A stretch of DNA of 64,000 bases from Lingula anatina (Eukaryota; Animalia; Brachiopoda): contig CM120640.1 in the NCBI GenBank assembly GCA_051362555.1, positions 55,592,788-55,656,787 on the forward strand. The letters run 5' to 3'. The notes below the pieces were generated by a model. That model was not told where the DNA came from. It saw nothing but the letters and a program-made list of their open reading frames with translations, and searched no databases. The position numbers were made by a program, and so were the translations under genes. This document shows positions 1 to 11,600 of this stretch, piece by piece. The number at the start of each line of letters is the position of its first letter. Positions within the stretch are counted from its first letter, which is position 1.

Positions 1-1579
1 AAGTCTTCAAGATCATGGAACTTTAAAGTCACACCTTGAAAATGCCAATATGTGAAAAATTAAATTTTCACAAAAAAATGTTTAACTGCAAAAAAAAAAA
101 AAAACAAAAAAAAACAAACAAAAAAAAAAAAAACCAAACAGACTGCATTGCCTACTGAAGCTGTATTTTAGTCCCATGTTTCTATCCTGTATGTTTGAGA
201 ACAGTAAGTGACATGATTTTCCTTAAATGGTCATCATGGAAGCAGTGCCCAAAATGGGGCTTTCTTCAGATTTTGATGCAATATTACATAATGTTTAACA
301 GCTTAATGACCATCAAATTTTAATTATAAAATATTTGTATCACAGATATTCAGAAAATGTGACTAGCAAAGGTCTTCAGGCCCATGGAACTTCAAAGTCA
401 CGCCTTGATAATGCCAAAATGTAAACAAGACAGCACTGTTCTGAAATGGGTTTATTTCCATTTTTAACACTTTTTTAACTTAAACAAAATAAACATTTTA
501 CTGCCATTTTTATATGTCCAACTAAGAAAATTGATGAGATGGGAAAAGTATCAATAGAACAGTGTTAAATGTCCAATTTCCTCCATTCTGAGATTCTAAA
601 CATAGTGGATGATTGAATATGACAAACTGCAATGATATGAGTTTATTTCCATTTTTGACAATACATGATAACAAGTTTACCATGTTTTTTACATAATCAA
701 CTAACAATGTTGTAAAGATGCAGGAAATATCAAACAAACACTTTTAGGCATCCTATTAGTTAAATAATGAGACTGTTAACATGCCTAATAATTGAATCTG
801 AGGAAATGTGAAAAAACAGTATAACTTCTAAAATAATGGCCCGATTATGCTTATTTTCGAACTCAACCTGCGTTTTAGTAAGATTGACCACTCCTGTGAG
901 TATAATTACAATTGGCCAATCCGTTTTTCTTATATTGTGTTATCAGTGTTGAATTTATATTGAAAATAGTGAAAAAACAGCATAAATTACCTAAAAGTGA
1001 CCCGATCATGCTGATTTTCGAACTTGACCTGCGTATTATGAATATCCATCAGTTCTGTAAGTTTCAAGTCAAAAGGTAAAATTGTTTTCCACTTATCGTG
1101 TTATCGGTGCTGCATACATGCTGAAAAAAGTGAAAAAACAGCATAAATTCCCTATAAGTGACCCGATCATGCTGATTTTCGAACTTGACCTGCGTATTAT
1201 GAATATTCATCAGTTCTGTAAGTTTCAAGTCAAAAGGTAAAATGGTTTTCCACTTATCGTGTTATCGGTGCTGCATATATGCTGAAAAAAGTGAAAAAAC
1301 AGCATAAATTCCCTAAAAGTGACCCGATCATGCTGATTTTCGAACTTGACCTGCGTATTATGAATATTCATCAGTTCTGCAAGTTTCAAGTCAAAAGGTA
1401 AAATGGTTTTCCACTTATCGTGTTATCGGTAAAAGTGCACGGCGACGGCGACGACGACGACAGACGCAGATGATGGCTATATGTACAGACACATCTGTAC
1501 ATATAGCCATCATCTGCGTCTGTACATATAGCCATCATCTGTACATATATGTACAGACACATCTGTGTCTGTACATAAA
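1..1579 (-). mobile_element. HINE (Helentron-like non-autonomous element) family B, reverse copy with about four 161-bp internal repeats
   Basis: Reverse complement of 40404..42204; terminal TATGTACAGACAC/GTGTCTGTACATA hairpin, (GAC/GGC)n microsatellite; cccgat anchors at 840, 1001, 1162, 1323. Confidence 0.75.
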
Positions 1580-2308
1580 TATGGAAATAAACTCATATCA
1601 TTGCAGTTTGTCAGATTCAATCATCCACTATGTTCAGAATCTCAGAATGGAGGAAATTGGACATTTAACACTGTTCTATTGATACTTTTCCCATCTCATC
1701 AATTTTTTTAGTTGGTCATATAAAAATGGCAGTAAAATGTTTATTTTGTTTTATGTTAAAAAAGTGTTAAATATGGAAAGAAACCCATTTCAGAACAGTG
1801 CTGTCTTGTTTACATTTTGGCATTTTCAAGGTGTGACTTTGAAGTTCCATGGGCCTGAAGACCTTTGCTCGTCGCATTTTCTGAATATCTGTGATACAAA
1901 TATTTTATAATTATTTAAATATTGAGACTTTCATCATGTGAATTTGAACTCTCATGGTCCTGAAACTGTATTCTTATTGAAGGGGTACATTGAGACCATC
2001 TTCTGGGTCTTCCGGAAGACAGTCAAGTTATTAAGTTTATATTGACTGGTATCTATTTTTTTTTCTGTTGGAAGACCTTCAAAATGGAGGATGGATCAAA
2101 ATAGATACTTTGGAATACTGTCAAAATATCTCTTGGTCCGCTCCTGTTATTGACAATGTTACCTGTTGTGCATGATTAAAATTCAGTGTTGACTGACAGT
2201 GCTATTATAAGCATTATTTATTATTGCATCAAAATTGACAAAATTACCTTTTTTGCATCTTTATTTTCTGTTTTTTGTCTGTACATTTGACAGCTTTGCT
2301 GCCTTGTT
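1580..2308 (+). mobile_element. HINE family B, 3' portion
   Basis: Matches 41129 onward; ends TGTCTGTACATTT-GACAGCTTTGCTGCC-TTGTT (subTIR + hairpin). Confidence 0.7.
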
Positions 2309-2833
2309 ATTAAATTTCAAAGGTGAGCATATAATGCCTAGGCGAATTGCCACCTTTATTTATACTTCATCAATATTTAACCCTCTTGAGAATAAAGATG
2401 TTTGAAAAAAAAAAGTGATATATGTAACATCGTAGGTTGGATGCAACGATCTTCCCATTTTAATGTACAATCTCAACTACGGCATCCACTCACCCGCAGC
2501 GGAGGGTATGCACTGGTTTCGTCGCTTCAGCTCAATAACACATGGGGCTAGGCAAGTCCTAAATGTATACATAAGCGAGTCTTAACACCACTTACATAGC
2601 ATTTTAACTTATATGTAACATAAAGAGGCTAGTCACAAGTCTCCCACTTATATTTAATGCGGGCTGAGCAATAAAAAAAAACTACAGCCATTATGATAAA
2701 TTATTGCACTAAGATACAAGGAGCATGCCGCATATGTCAAGGCAATGTAAACCTAACCATAACTGTACTTGCGTCTGCTAGTGACCCATTACAAACATGA
2801 CCTGAGAAGTATGACATAATATCCTGAGCACCT

Positions 2834-3784
2834 CAGGGGTTGAAAAAAAGTGTCGTCACTCGTAAATTCCAGATAGTGAAAGCACGGGGACGACCCATTG
2901 TGAAAGGTTACTAGTCCTTTCTGACGAGTGTCAGTTTTGATCCCAAACAGTGGTCACTGGTGCTACTTCACCATTTCTATCAATATTTTCGCATTTATTT
3001 TCAGTAAATCTTGTGAATTAGACATATTTTCTCACTTGTTTTTCCTTTAGAACGTGGGCCGCGCCATATTGGATATCACTGCACATGTGCGCATAGTAAT
3101 ACCACGGGAATCATTAGTTCTGCAAATTCCGTGCGTAAGCGTAAGGGGGTGATATTCTATGTAGTTTTGGAGATCGTTATTGGTCCGACCGATACAAAAG
3201 AACGGCTCTCATTGGTCTTAGATGATGTTATTAATAGAAACCCCACAAAAAAGTTACATGCGCTCTGCATTTGATAGCTTAGCCACCATTTTTAGGGTAC
3301 TTGCATTAACCGCGATGTGGAATTTTTTGCACATATGCAAGCCAAAGCAACGAGATATTCTGAAGTACCAAGCACTAGTTCGTTTAGTCAAGAATCCAGC
3401 GCTGATTCAGAATGTAAAAAAGTCTAAAATGACTATCTTTAAGATTCACTTCTAAAATTAAGTCAGAGGGAGGCTGAAAACATTTATCATGAAAAGATGG
3501 GTTTTTAGTGAGGCTTTTAAACTATCGCTGTCACTTTCACTTCTGATATTTTAATGTTAATTAATTCTTTTAAAAAAGAATGAAGAACTGTGGGTAAAAC
3601 TTATGATGTGTGAAAAATTAACTTTATTTGAATAAATAAAGTCATTTGAAAAAACAGTGTAATTTGTAATTGTTGAAATGCATACCACATCATGAGGACC
3701 ACTAAAAATTAGCTGGTACTAGTAACACAGCAAAGTCACTAGTCCCTTAGGACCAGTGACCCAAAATTTCTGTTTCAACCCCTG
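2834..3784. mobile_element. hAT-like non-autonomous TIR element with 6-bp TSD
   Basis: TIR CAGGGGTTGAAA / TTTCAACCCCTG; GCACCT on both flanks; subterminal ACTAGT-type motifs. Confidence 0.75.
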
Positions 3785-4186
3785 GCACCTTTGTTCTGGC
3801 AAAAGTGAAGTTATTCATTGAAATATCAAATGAAATGTTAAATCATTCCCGTTTTCATCATTCCATGGCAAAAAAGGGAGAGGCTAACAGTGTGGTTGCA
3901 CACAAATAAAATATGCTGGCCAATAAACTGATCAATAGACTCATCAAGGGGGATCAGCTAGGCCACCTTCGGCCTTTACAGGTCAAGCAACAAAACCATC
4001 AGCTGCCCTCTCCTTAAAACAAATGCTGATGGTCTACTAATATGTGCAAAGTTAAAACAAAATACTATCAGCCAACCTAAGTATGAAAAATTAAAATTTC
4101 GAAAATCCGCTTGATGGGACCATTTTTACAAAAATTATGCTGTTTTTTTTTTTTGCGTCTTTCGGCATATTATGAGAACTCGTTTA

Positions 4187-4317
4187 TGGCATTTTGTAGA
4201 GCTTGTCAAGCACAACACTGGTGGTGGTGTCCCTTGTTTTGGTTTCCATACGAATGCACTTACTCCAGCTGGTGGTACAATATCTGGAGGTGGTATCGCC
4301 TCTCTGATCCTCTAGTT
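4187..4317 (+). mobile_element. Solo 3' end of HINE family A
   Basis: GCTGGTGGTACAA subTIR + GAGGTGGTATCGCCTC hairpin + CTAGTT, same as the ends at 26190, 31000 and 49947. Confidence 0.75.
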
Positions 4318-5089
4318 TAAAAAATGCCATGAATTACCTTACTGGCTGAGTCTTACATCTTTTATTTGAAAAATCATAATGTGCAGCTTAGGTGTAGTCA
4401 AAATTTGAAAAGTGTATATAAAGGGTGAGAATTGGCAAAACCAATAATTGAAATCTAAGGCACAAAAAAAAAAAAAAAAAAAAAGACATTTAGCAGAAAT
4501 CAATGTTTAACATTAAGAATCACTGAGTTTGATTTAGTTTTAACAGAATATGGTGTAGTTAGTTGGAGGTCAGACAAACTAATGTTATTTGGCACAGATT
4601 CTGGCATTATTAAGACTAAATTGAAGTCAAATCAAAAGTGCATGTTTTAGTCAAATCATGATTTACACTTTGCATAACTTTCACAGTGGAATGCTGGTCA
4701 GTCAAAAAATCGTGACATTTGTATGCAGTGATGTAGTCCCTAAATCAATATACTGGTATGCTAAAAGTACACAGTGTCAGTTTAACTGTTTATATAAGCA
4801 TACGAAGGTGCTACTTGTTTATAATTAATTTATGAATTAAAGAAAAACATCTTTTTCCACAGAGTCGAGTATTTGTTAACCTTGTAGATTTCTCATGGGT
4901 TTTCTGTGTTCAAGAATGGCAAGCTTAGTGACACCATGTTAAGATAGAATTTAGTGAATAATTTGGAATAATGGTAAGTGTTGACTGAAGACTCTTGTCA
5001 AACAGCCTGTTCATTGGAACCAATTTTCTCTCTCATGATTCAGGTGAGAACTTTGCCACGACCCTCCAATAATGTGCACACGTACAAGC

Positions 5090-5128
5090 GTGTGTGTGTG
5101 TGTTCAGCACACACACACACACACACAC
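5090..5128. repeat. (TG)n immediately followed by (CA)n, an inverted microsatellite
   Basis: gtgtgtgtgtgtgt-tcag-cacacacacacacacacac. Confidence 0.8.
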
Positions 5129-5548
5129 GCACATATATAATATAGTTTTTAACTGATTGTACTGAAGTCAAATGCAATGATCAGTTTGGGGGAAAAAAAA
5201 CAGTAAAATATTTTAAATTTTCTTCTGCTTAATAGGTAAGCATGTGGCTAAAAAAATTATATAGTGAGCCCAGACACAAAATGAACTAGTATGTATACAA
5301 TAACTGGATTTTTCCCATCATTCCTGTTTATCATTTACTCTTCAACAAAGATGTACAACAGAGCCTAGTGTTAACACTCATCTGCCAGCAGAAATTGTTT
5401 TGATCTATGAAAAACAATTGTTTCATGTATCTTGATCATTGATTGATTGTAAAAAAAATGTACCTTGAAGGTTGGTACTTGTTTACAAGACAGTCAAACT
5501 GGAGTGTAGGTGTTTAATTTCAGAAATAGTGTCTATCATTTTTTCCAG

Positions 5549-5623
5549 AAGTCCAATGTAGAAGAAATCCAAGGCATTTGGAACACACTGCAATCTCACC
5601 TGAATCCTGAGAGAGAAAATTCA
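5549..5623 (+). CDS. Putative exon KSNVEEIQGIWNTLQSHLNPERENS (phase 0/0)
   Basis: ttttttccag acceptor, gtgagt donor, open frame; no homology support. Confidence 0.5.
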
Positions 5624-8600
5624 GTGAGTCCATTTTTAATCTTTGGAATCAAGAAAAAGAAAGCGAGAGACTGATACCAGCATGTTGAAAGTTTCAAAAT
5701 GCATTTCTTCGTGGTTTTGTTTTTGTACTTTTCTGTACATAATATTATTAGGAATTAGGCTTCCTGTATTTACAATGTATGTGGCACTAAAATCGGAGTC
5801 CCTTCTGAAGGTAAATTGCTTCAGCTGTTTTTTTTTTTCTGTTCATTTGATTTTTTGTATTATTCATATTTTCAAGGAATGGCTTACATGATAGGTATAA
5901 AGTCAAAAACATGTTTATGACAGAGGTATTCACAGTATTTCCTTTACACCTGAAAATGTCTAAGAAACATACATACTTCAGTGCATTCAATCAGTGCAAC
6001 AGGATTTTCCAAGTGACTATCTGCTGTTGCACATACTTCTAGCACCTGTGCAAATTGACAGAACGTGATAGGCATGCTCTAACCTCATAGAAAGCATCTT
6101 TTCTATTCTTTTAGACTCTTCCTCATTTGTTGATTTAAATTTGTTCAGTTGAAGGATAAGAAGGAAAAGGCTGAGTAATTTATCAAAATTAAAGATGCTG
6201 GATTGTGAAAGACTGGCTCTAGGGATTCAAGGTACCCAATGAGTGTAAAACTGTCCAGATGGATGCACATTTTATCTTGTAAGAAGATCTGGTAGGTTTA
6301 TTGTTATGCACATTTGGGCTGGTGACAAAAGTTAAAATTGCACAAGTCAACAATTGTTGACAACAGTTATCTTATTTTACTCTAGTCAGATGTACATCTT
6401 TGGTCAGACATTATTTAATAATATCATTTCTCTTTCTGCTCTAAAAAAATTTGATAATGTTATCTTTTAGATAATTTTGTTCAATAACTATAATTTCAAG
6501 AGTTTTACCTAATTAATTAAGGCAACATCTGCAGAGCTGAGATGTGTTGTTACATAAATATGATAGATTAAACATACCTGTAAAATTGGCTATAAAAATC
6601 AGCCAATCTCATTTTATCTGTCTTTAATGTTTGGGCGTATTGCAATAGAATGCAAAAGAGCATACAAATCTTCTAAAGGGCTGTGTTATGAAACTTTATA
6701 AAGCCAAGTGTTTATGACATTTACAGATAGGTGGATACTTTTATGTTACGAGAAGTTTTTATAGCTAGGTAATCTGGCAGTACTTAAGGGCCACCATGCA
6801 AGTGTTTATAAATGAACTCTACTTTCCCGATTTTATAGTCAGCATTACATTGTGACAGCATGGAATTTGTATGTTAGGCAATTTTGCTTTGATTCAGTGA
6901 AATAGCGGAGGATTTCAGACAGGTCTTGCATGTAAAATCTTCACAAAGTTTTAGGTCTCTAAGTGACTTTTTATGGATCACCACGGCTTTCCTAATGCAG
7001 ATGATGACAAAATTGATTTTGGGATTGGCTCTGTGTGGAACATATTCTCATAGCATCCATTTCTATATGAATGCATCTCTTCAATCTTGATTGATTTTCG
7101 TTACCAGAAATTCACCTTATTTCCAATTTGCCTAATGGTTTGAAACCATGGAGTTTCATATACAATAATATATAAGACAAATAAAAAACTTCTTTTTCTA
7201 AAAGGAGAAATGAAATCAAATTAAAAAAAATGGAGACTTGAAGGGATGCAGGTTATGTTTGACCTGACACAATAATATGGTGATTTTCTTTCAAAAATAC
7301 TTTTAGTTTGGAAAAAGAATTGTAGTGCCTTTTTTAGTGTGTGTATGTGGGAATTCTTGCAAATTACGGTAATGTGCCATGAATTTCGCACAGAAAAAAT
7401 TAATTAAAATAAGGAAAAGATTATTTGGTTGAAATTCATGAGATGGGAGGTGCTCAGAAATTGCAGATGGTCGAATTTCATGAAATTCTGTCATTTCGGA
7501 CCGGAAGTTGTCTGTCCCTCACTAGGCCTTATGTTATCTTTTCCCAACGATCTCTGTGTCCATTACGATATTGTATAAAAGGTGATTGTTGGTAATTGCG
7601 ACCCAAGGGATACACCTACTTTCACCTGATCGCTGTGTATGGCCCAAGGTGCTAGATAACGAGTGGTTCTATTAGCTAGGGATGCAAAACAGCATCATTA
7701 TCAGTAGTGTCATTTTTCAAAAGCCAGAAACTAGTGTCGTTTTTCGAAAACGATCCTGGTGCTCAGAACAGGAGTGTATGGAGGGAGAGACGGCCAGCCA
7801 TTAGCGTCTACCCCAGCCAGATAACCTTCATTGTGGAAACCGGGCTTAGTGTTACCGTTGCTCCTTTCCATGCGCTGAAGTTGAGACAACAGCCGATTGG
7901 TGTCTTTGGGGCACTTCATCGACGATTAGCGTCTTCTGCGACTGCAGTTCGGCGTACAGGTAGCCTTCACCACGGCAGCCGAACTGTGTATTACAGTCTC
8001 TCTCCGCTATGCGCTTTGACCAAGATGATTGCTGATTGTTGTCTACAATCAAATAAACTAGGTCGAGGGGGGTATGGCTCCTGGGTGCAGGGCTCAATAT
8101 CAACGGTTGCATTTTGCAGCCATTTTTTTTGCTCAGGCAACCCAATCTTGACCAGCAGTTTTCTGACAACTCAACTGATTTCCTGGCACATAGTGGCACC
8201 AATGTACACAATTGAAAAGGCAATTTTCACATTTGTTAGTGATCAGATCGAGACAGAAAGGGAGCTAGAAGATCGTCAAACGAGAGGGCAGTTTTCATAT
8301 TTGTTCAAGGGACTTCATTAGCAGAAGATCGTCAGCGAGAGATCATGAACGTTCTGAACGAGACAAGAAAGCAATAATGGCTATCTTTATTGCAGCTATT
8401 AATTGCTTCTCTTGTTCTGTCACTGAAGTCTCTGTTGTTGATGATGCTATTGTACGCCTCAGCAAAACTACCTGTAATGAACCTTTTACATATGCCTATG
8501 ACGAATGTCCTAAACTTATATAATTTTGAACGCTTAATTCAAGCGTGGGCTCGAAATAGGACATAACGTTTTCGTCTAACTTAGTGGATAACGCAATCCA

Positions 8601-11600
8601 AAGACTCCACGGTTCGTGTCAGAATACGTAAGGTCGCGCAAAGAAAACCCAAGTCCACATAATGACCAGTTAAATGATTTATTCGTTGACGCTCGGTAAC
8701 TACATGATATTCTAAGTGAAGTCTCCAAATCCTAACTACGTCTCGCTCCGTACATCGTCGCTTCCAATCTCCTCCTCCGCTGCTTCCTTCTACATCACTC
8801 CAGTATATCTCCCCGTATCCCTCTCCTCACTCACTTTAAATACTATTTTGTTATCTTTACATGGATCCAGTGCTGCACTAGTATGAGATGTACGTCAAAC
8901 ATAATTACCTTTAATTGTATAATTAATTTCTTTACTTCGGCGTCATACATAGAGACCGCCGCGTTACTCAAAAGCTATTGCACAATAACGCATTACGTCT
9001 GATCTTTATGTCGCACCTGACATATTCCTTCCATTTTTTCCAGAAAAAAAAAACTTTTTTTTTTTTTCATTACTCATGTTGGAGACTTTCACTCTAATAA
9101 TATTTACAATATTTACAAAGATAACGAAAATTACACATTTAATTACGTTTTAGTGTACGCCCGGGGGAAAACCAGAGATAAAACCCTTTAATTTATATTT
9201 TTCTTTATCAATATAGGGAAAAATAGCTCTGGAAACCGGGCAGTTCAGCGTCTTATATAACAAAGTCTTTTCATGACGATGACAGTAAATACTATTTTGT
9301 TATCTTTACATGGATCCAGTGCTGCACTAGTATGAGATGTACGTCAAACATAATTACCTTTAATTGTATAATTAATTTCTTTACTTCGGCGTCATACATA
9401 GAGACCGCCGCGTTACTCAAAAGCTATTGCACAATAACGCATTACGTCTGATCTTTATGTCGCACCTGACATACCGATCGCTGTCTCACACGGACTACAT
9501 TAAAAAAACGATAGGAAGACATTGCAGCTTTTAATTGTTTCTCCTGTTATCTTAATGAATGCATGGTGATGACGATGTTGTTTAGCGTCCTAAGCTAACT
9601 GTAACAATTGTTATTTTACATTTTGGGGCACACACGTAGTATTCAGGTCAAGGTACGCTAGAGCAACATTGCCAACTGTTAGATCTTTATGAGCACGAAA
9701 ATAGCACGATGGCCAATTTTAAGGTGTATGAAATTCACGAAAATCGAGATCGGGCAAAATTGCTTATTTGACGAAATTCATTGTCTATTAAAAACCCCAG
9801 ATGACCAATTTTGAAATAGTTTGAAATTTAAGGGCCGTTTGAAATTCATGGCACATTACCGTAGCTGCAAGTTTGCTGCTAATTTGCAAGTACTTGAATA
9901 CTTTCTTGCAAACCTGCTGCAAACTTAAGTTGTTATTGCAAAGTTGCTGCAAATTAGCAGCAATACAAATTTTTCTTTCAAACTCCTGCAAACTAGTTGC
10001 TTCAAACGTTTGGTTTGCAGCAAGTATACTGCAGTTTTGCCACAGTATTGCTGCAAACTTTTCATTTTGCTAAGGGTTATGATTTCTAATTTTCAGCACA
10101 CTTGCTGATATTGAATACATTTGACAGAGGGGAAGCATCGTTAAATTATAATTGGCAGATAGGTTATGTTAAGGTCAACTATGGCCAATAATCCATCACT
10201 TTTTCAATTTTAGGCCCAATTACCTGTTGGTGTTGAAGCTGTGAAAAACCAAGCGTGCCAGGACATTCAGAAATTGAGAAATCAGCTAAAGAAGACTAAG
10301 GGGATTTTGGCCTGTGTGGTAATTTTCTTGATATTATTACTTGTGAAATTCATATCTTATACATATATCTGCTGCGCATTTAATCAGAATGGTGGCACGG
10401 GATAATACCTTAGGGACTGGGTTCAATTGGCTAAATCAGGAGGTTTGATCAAGTTGAAATTTGTGATTAAGCTGATAGAAGGAAAGAGATCCTATTTGAT
10501 CTAAATTTAGTACAAAATGATACCAGGCATGAAAAATATGTACATGGTATTTGGAGTAAATTTGGATATGCTATGCCATACAATACAATTGACCTACTGA
10601 CTTCATTGAAAGGCAACACCAGTAGAATATTCAGTGTGATAATCTGAACAGGATAATCATCACAGCTTGCATTCTTCAGAGTATTACTTATGATTTTGTT
10701 TATTGGCTGCTTTCTGTTCATGATTGGATTTATTTACAACCCCCAACTGATAATGACTTCGTTTGCCCATCTGTGCACAGCACTTCATTTTCATTCATTA
10801 GATATCCAGACAGAGTGAAAAATTTAGTCTGGACATCACTGAAAAAAGATCAGATGTGATTCAGGACCAAGAGTATCAACTCCCTAAATGTAATCAAATT
10901 ATTTTATCTCCATGGTTTGAAGTGGCCTATTTGACCTCAGGCATGTGTAGTATACAGAAAAGAAATGAAAATGTAATGAGTTTACGTTGGTGCACCATGG
11001 TATAGATGACAGAAACGTATCATTGACACTTTAAAATTGGATATCTGTTAAATTATTTTTATGATATAAAATATGTGAAAGGTGAGCAAGCAATTAAGCA
11101 AGATGTTATGCATACATATATATTTTTCAATTAATGACTGCCATTTAGGCAGAACAGAATGTTTCATCGCCCGGCAGCCCTAAATTCCAAGGGTCCACCA
11201 TTCCGAGGGTCTGTTATTCTGAAAAACTAAAGGAGCCTTGAACGGAAAATACTGCTATTCTGAAGATCTGCTATTCCAAAGGTTTAAGGTCTGCTATTCT
11301 GAAGGCCTCTATTTGGAAATATTTCATCAATGCAATAGTTGAGCTGAAATGAATTGTATAAGTTGTATAATCTAGGCACTGACCTCCTTGTCGAAGAAGC
11401 TCATTATATTTGCTTTGTTTTTGCTTTTTGCACTCTATCTGTACTTTCAGAATAGCAGACCTTCGGAATAGTGGGCCCTCAGAATAGCAGGCCCTCAGAA
11501 TATTAGGCTCCGTTCACATGAACAATCTATTTTCTGAAAATCTAAAAAATCTATTTGCGGTATCTTGTGATCACAGTCTGTGCCCTGAATACCCCACGGC

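Noticed and set aside
2423-2816. Possible solo LTR (TGTAACA...TGACA)
   Set aside because: Flanks TATA and TAAT do not form a TSD and there is no second copy in the window
5860-7100. Extra candidate exons near 5877, 6149 and 7000
   Set aside because: Stops or incompatible phases; no consistent AG/GT pair keeps the frame
7707-8321. 204-aa ORF and overlapping minus-strand ORFs inside the TIR element
   Set aside because: No recognisable transposase or other motif; GTG start; probably chance in GC-richer TE sequence, though a decayed captured gene cannot be excluded without BLASTX
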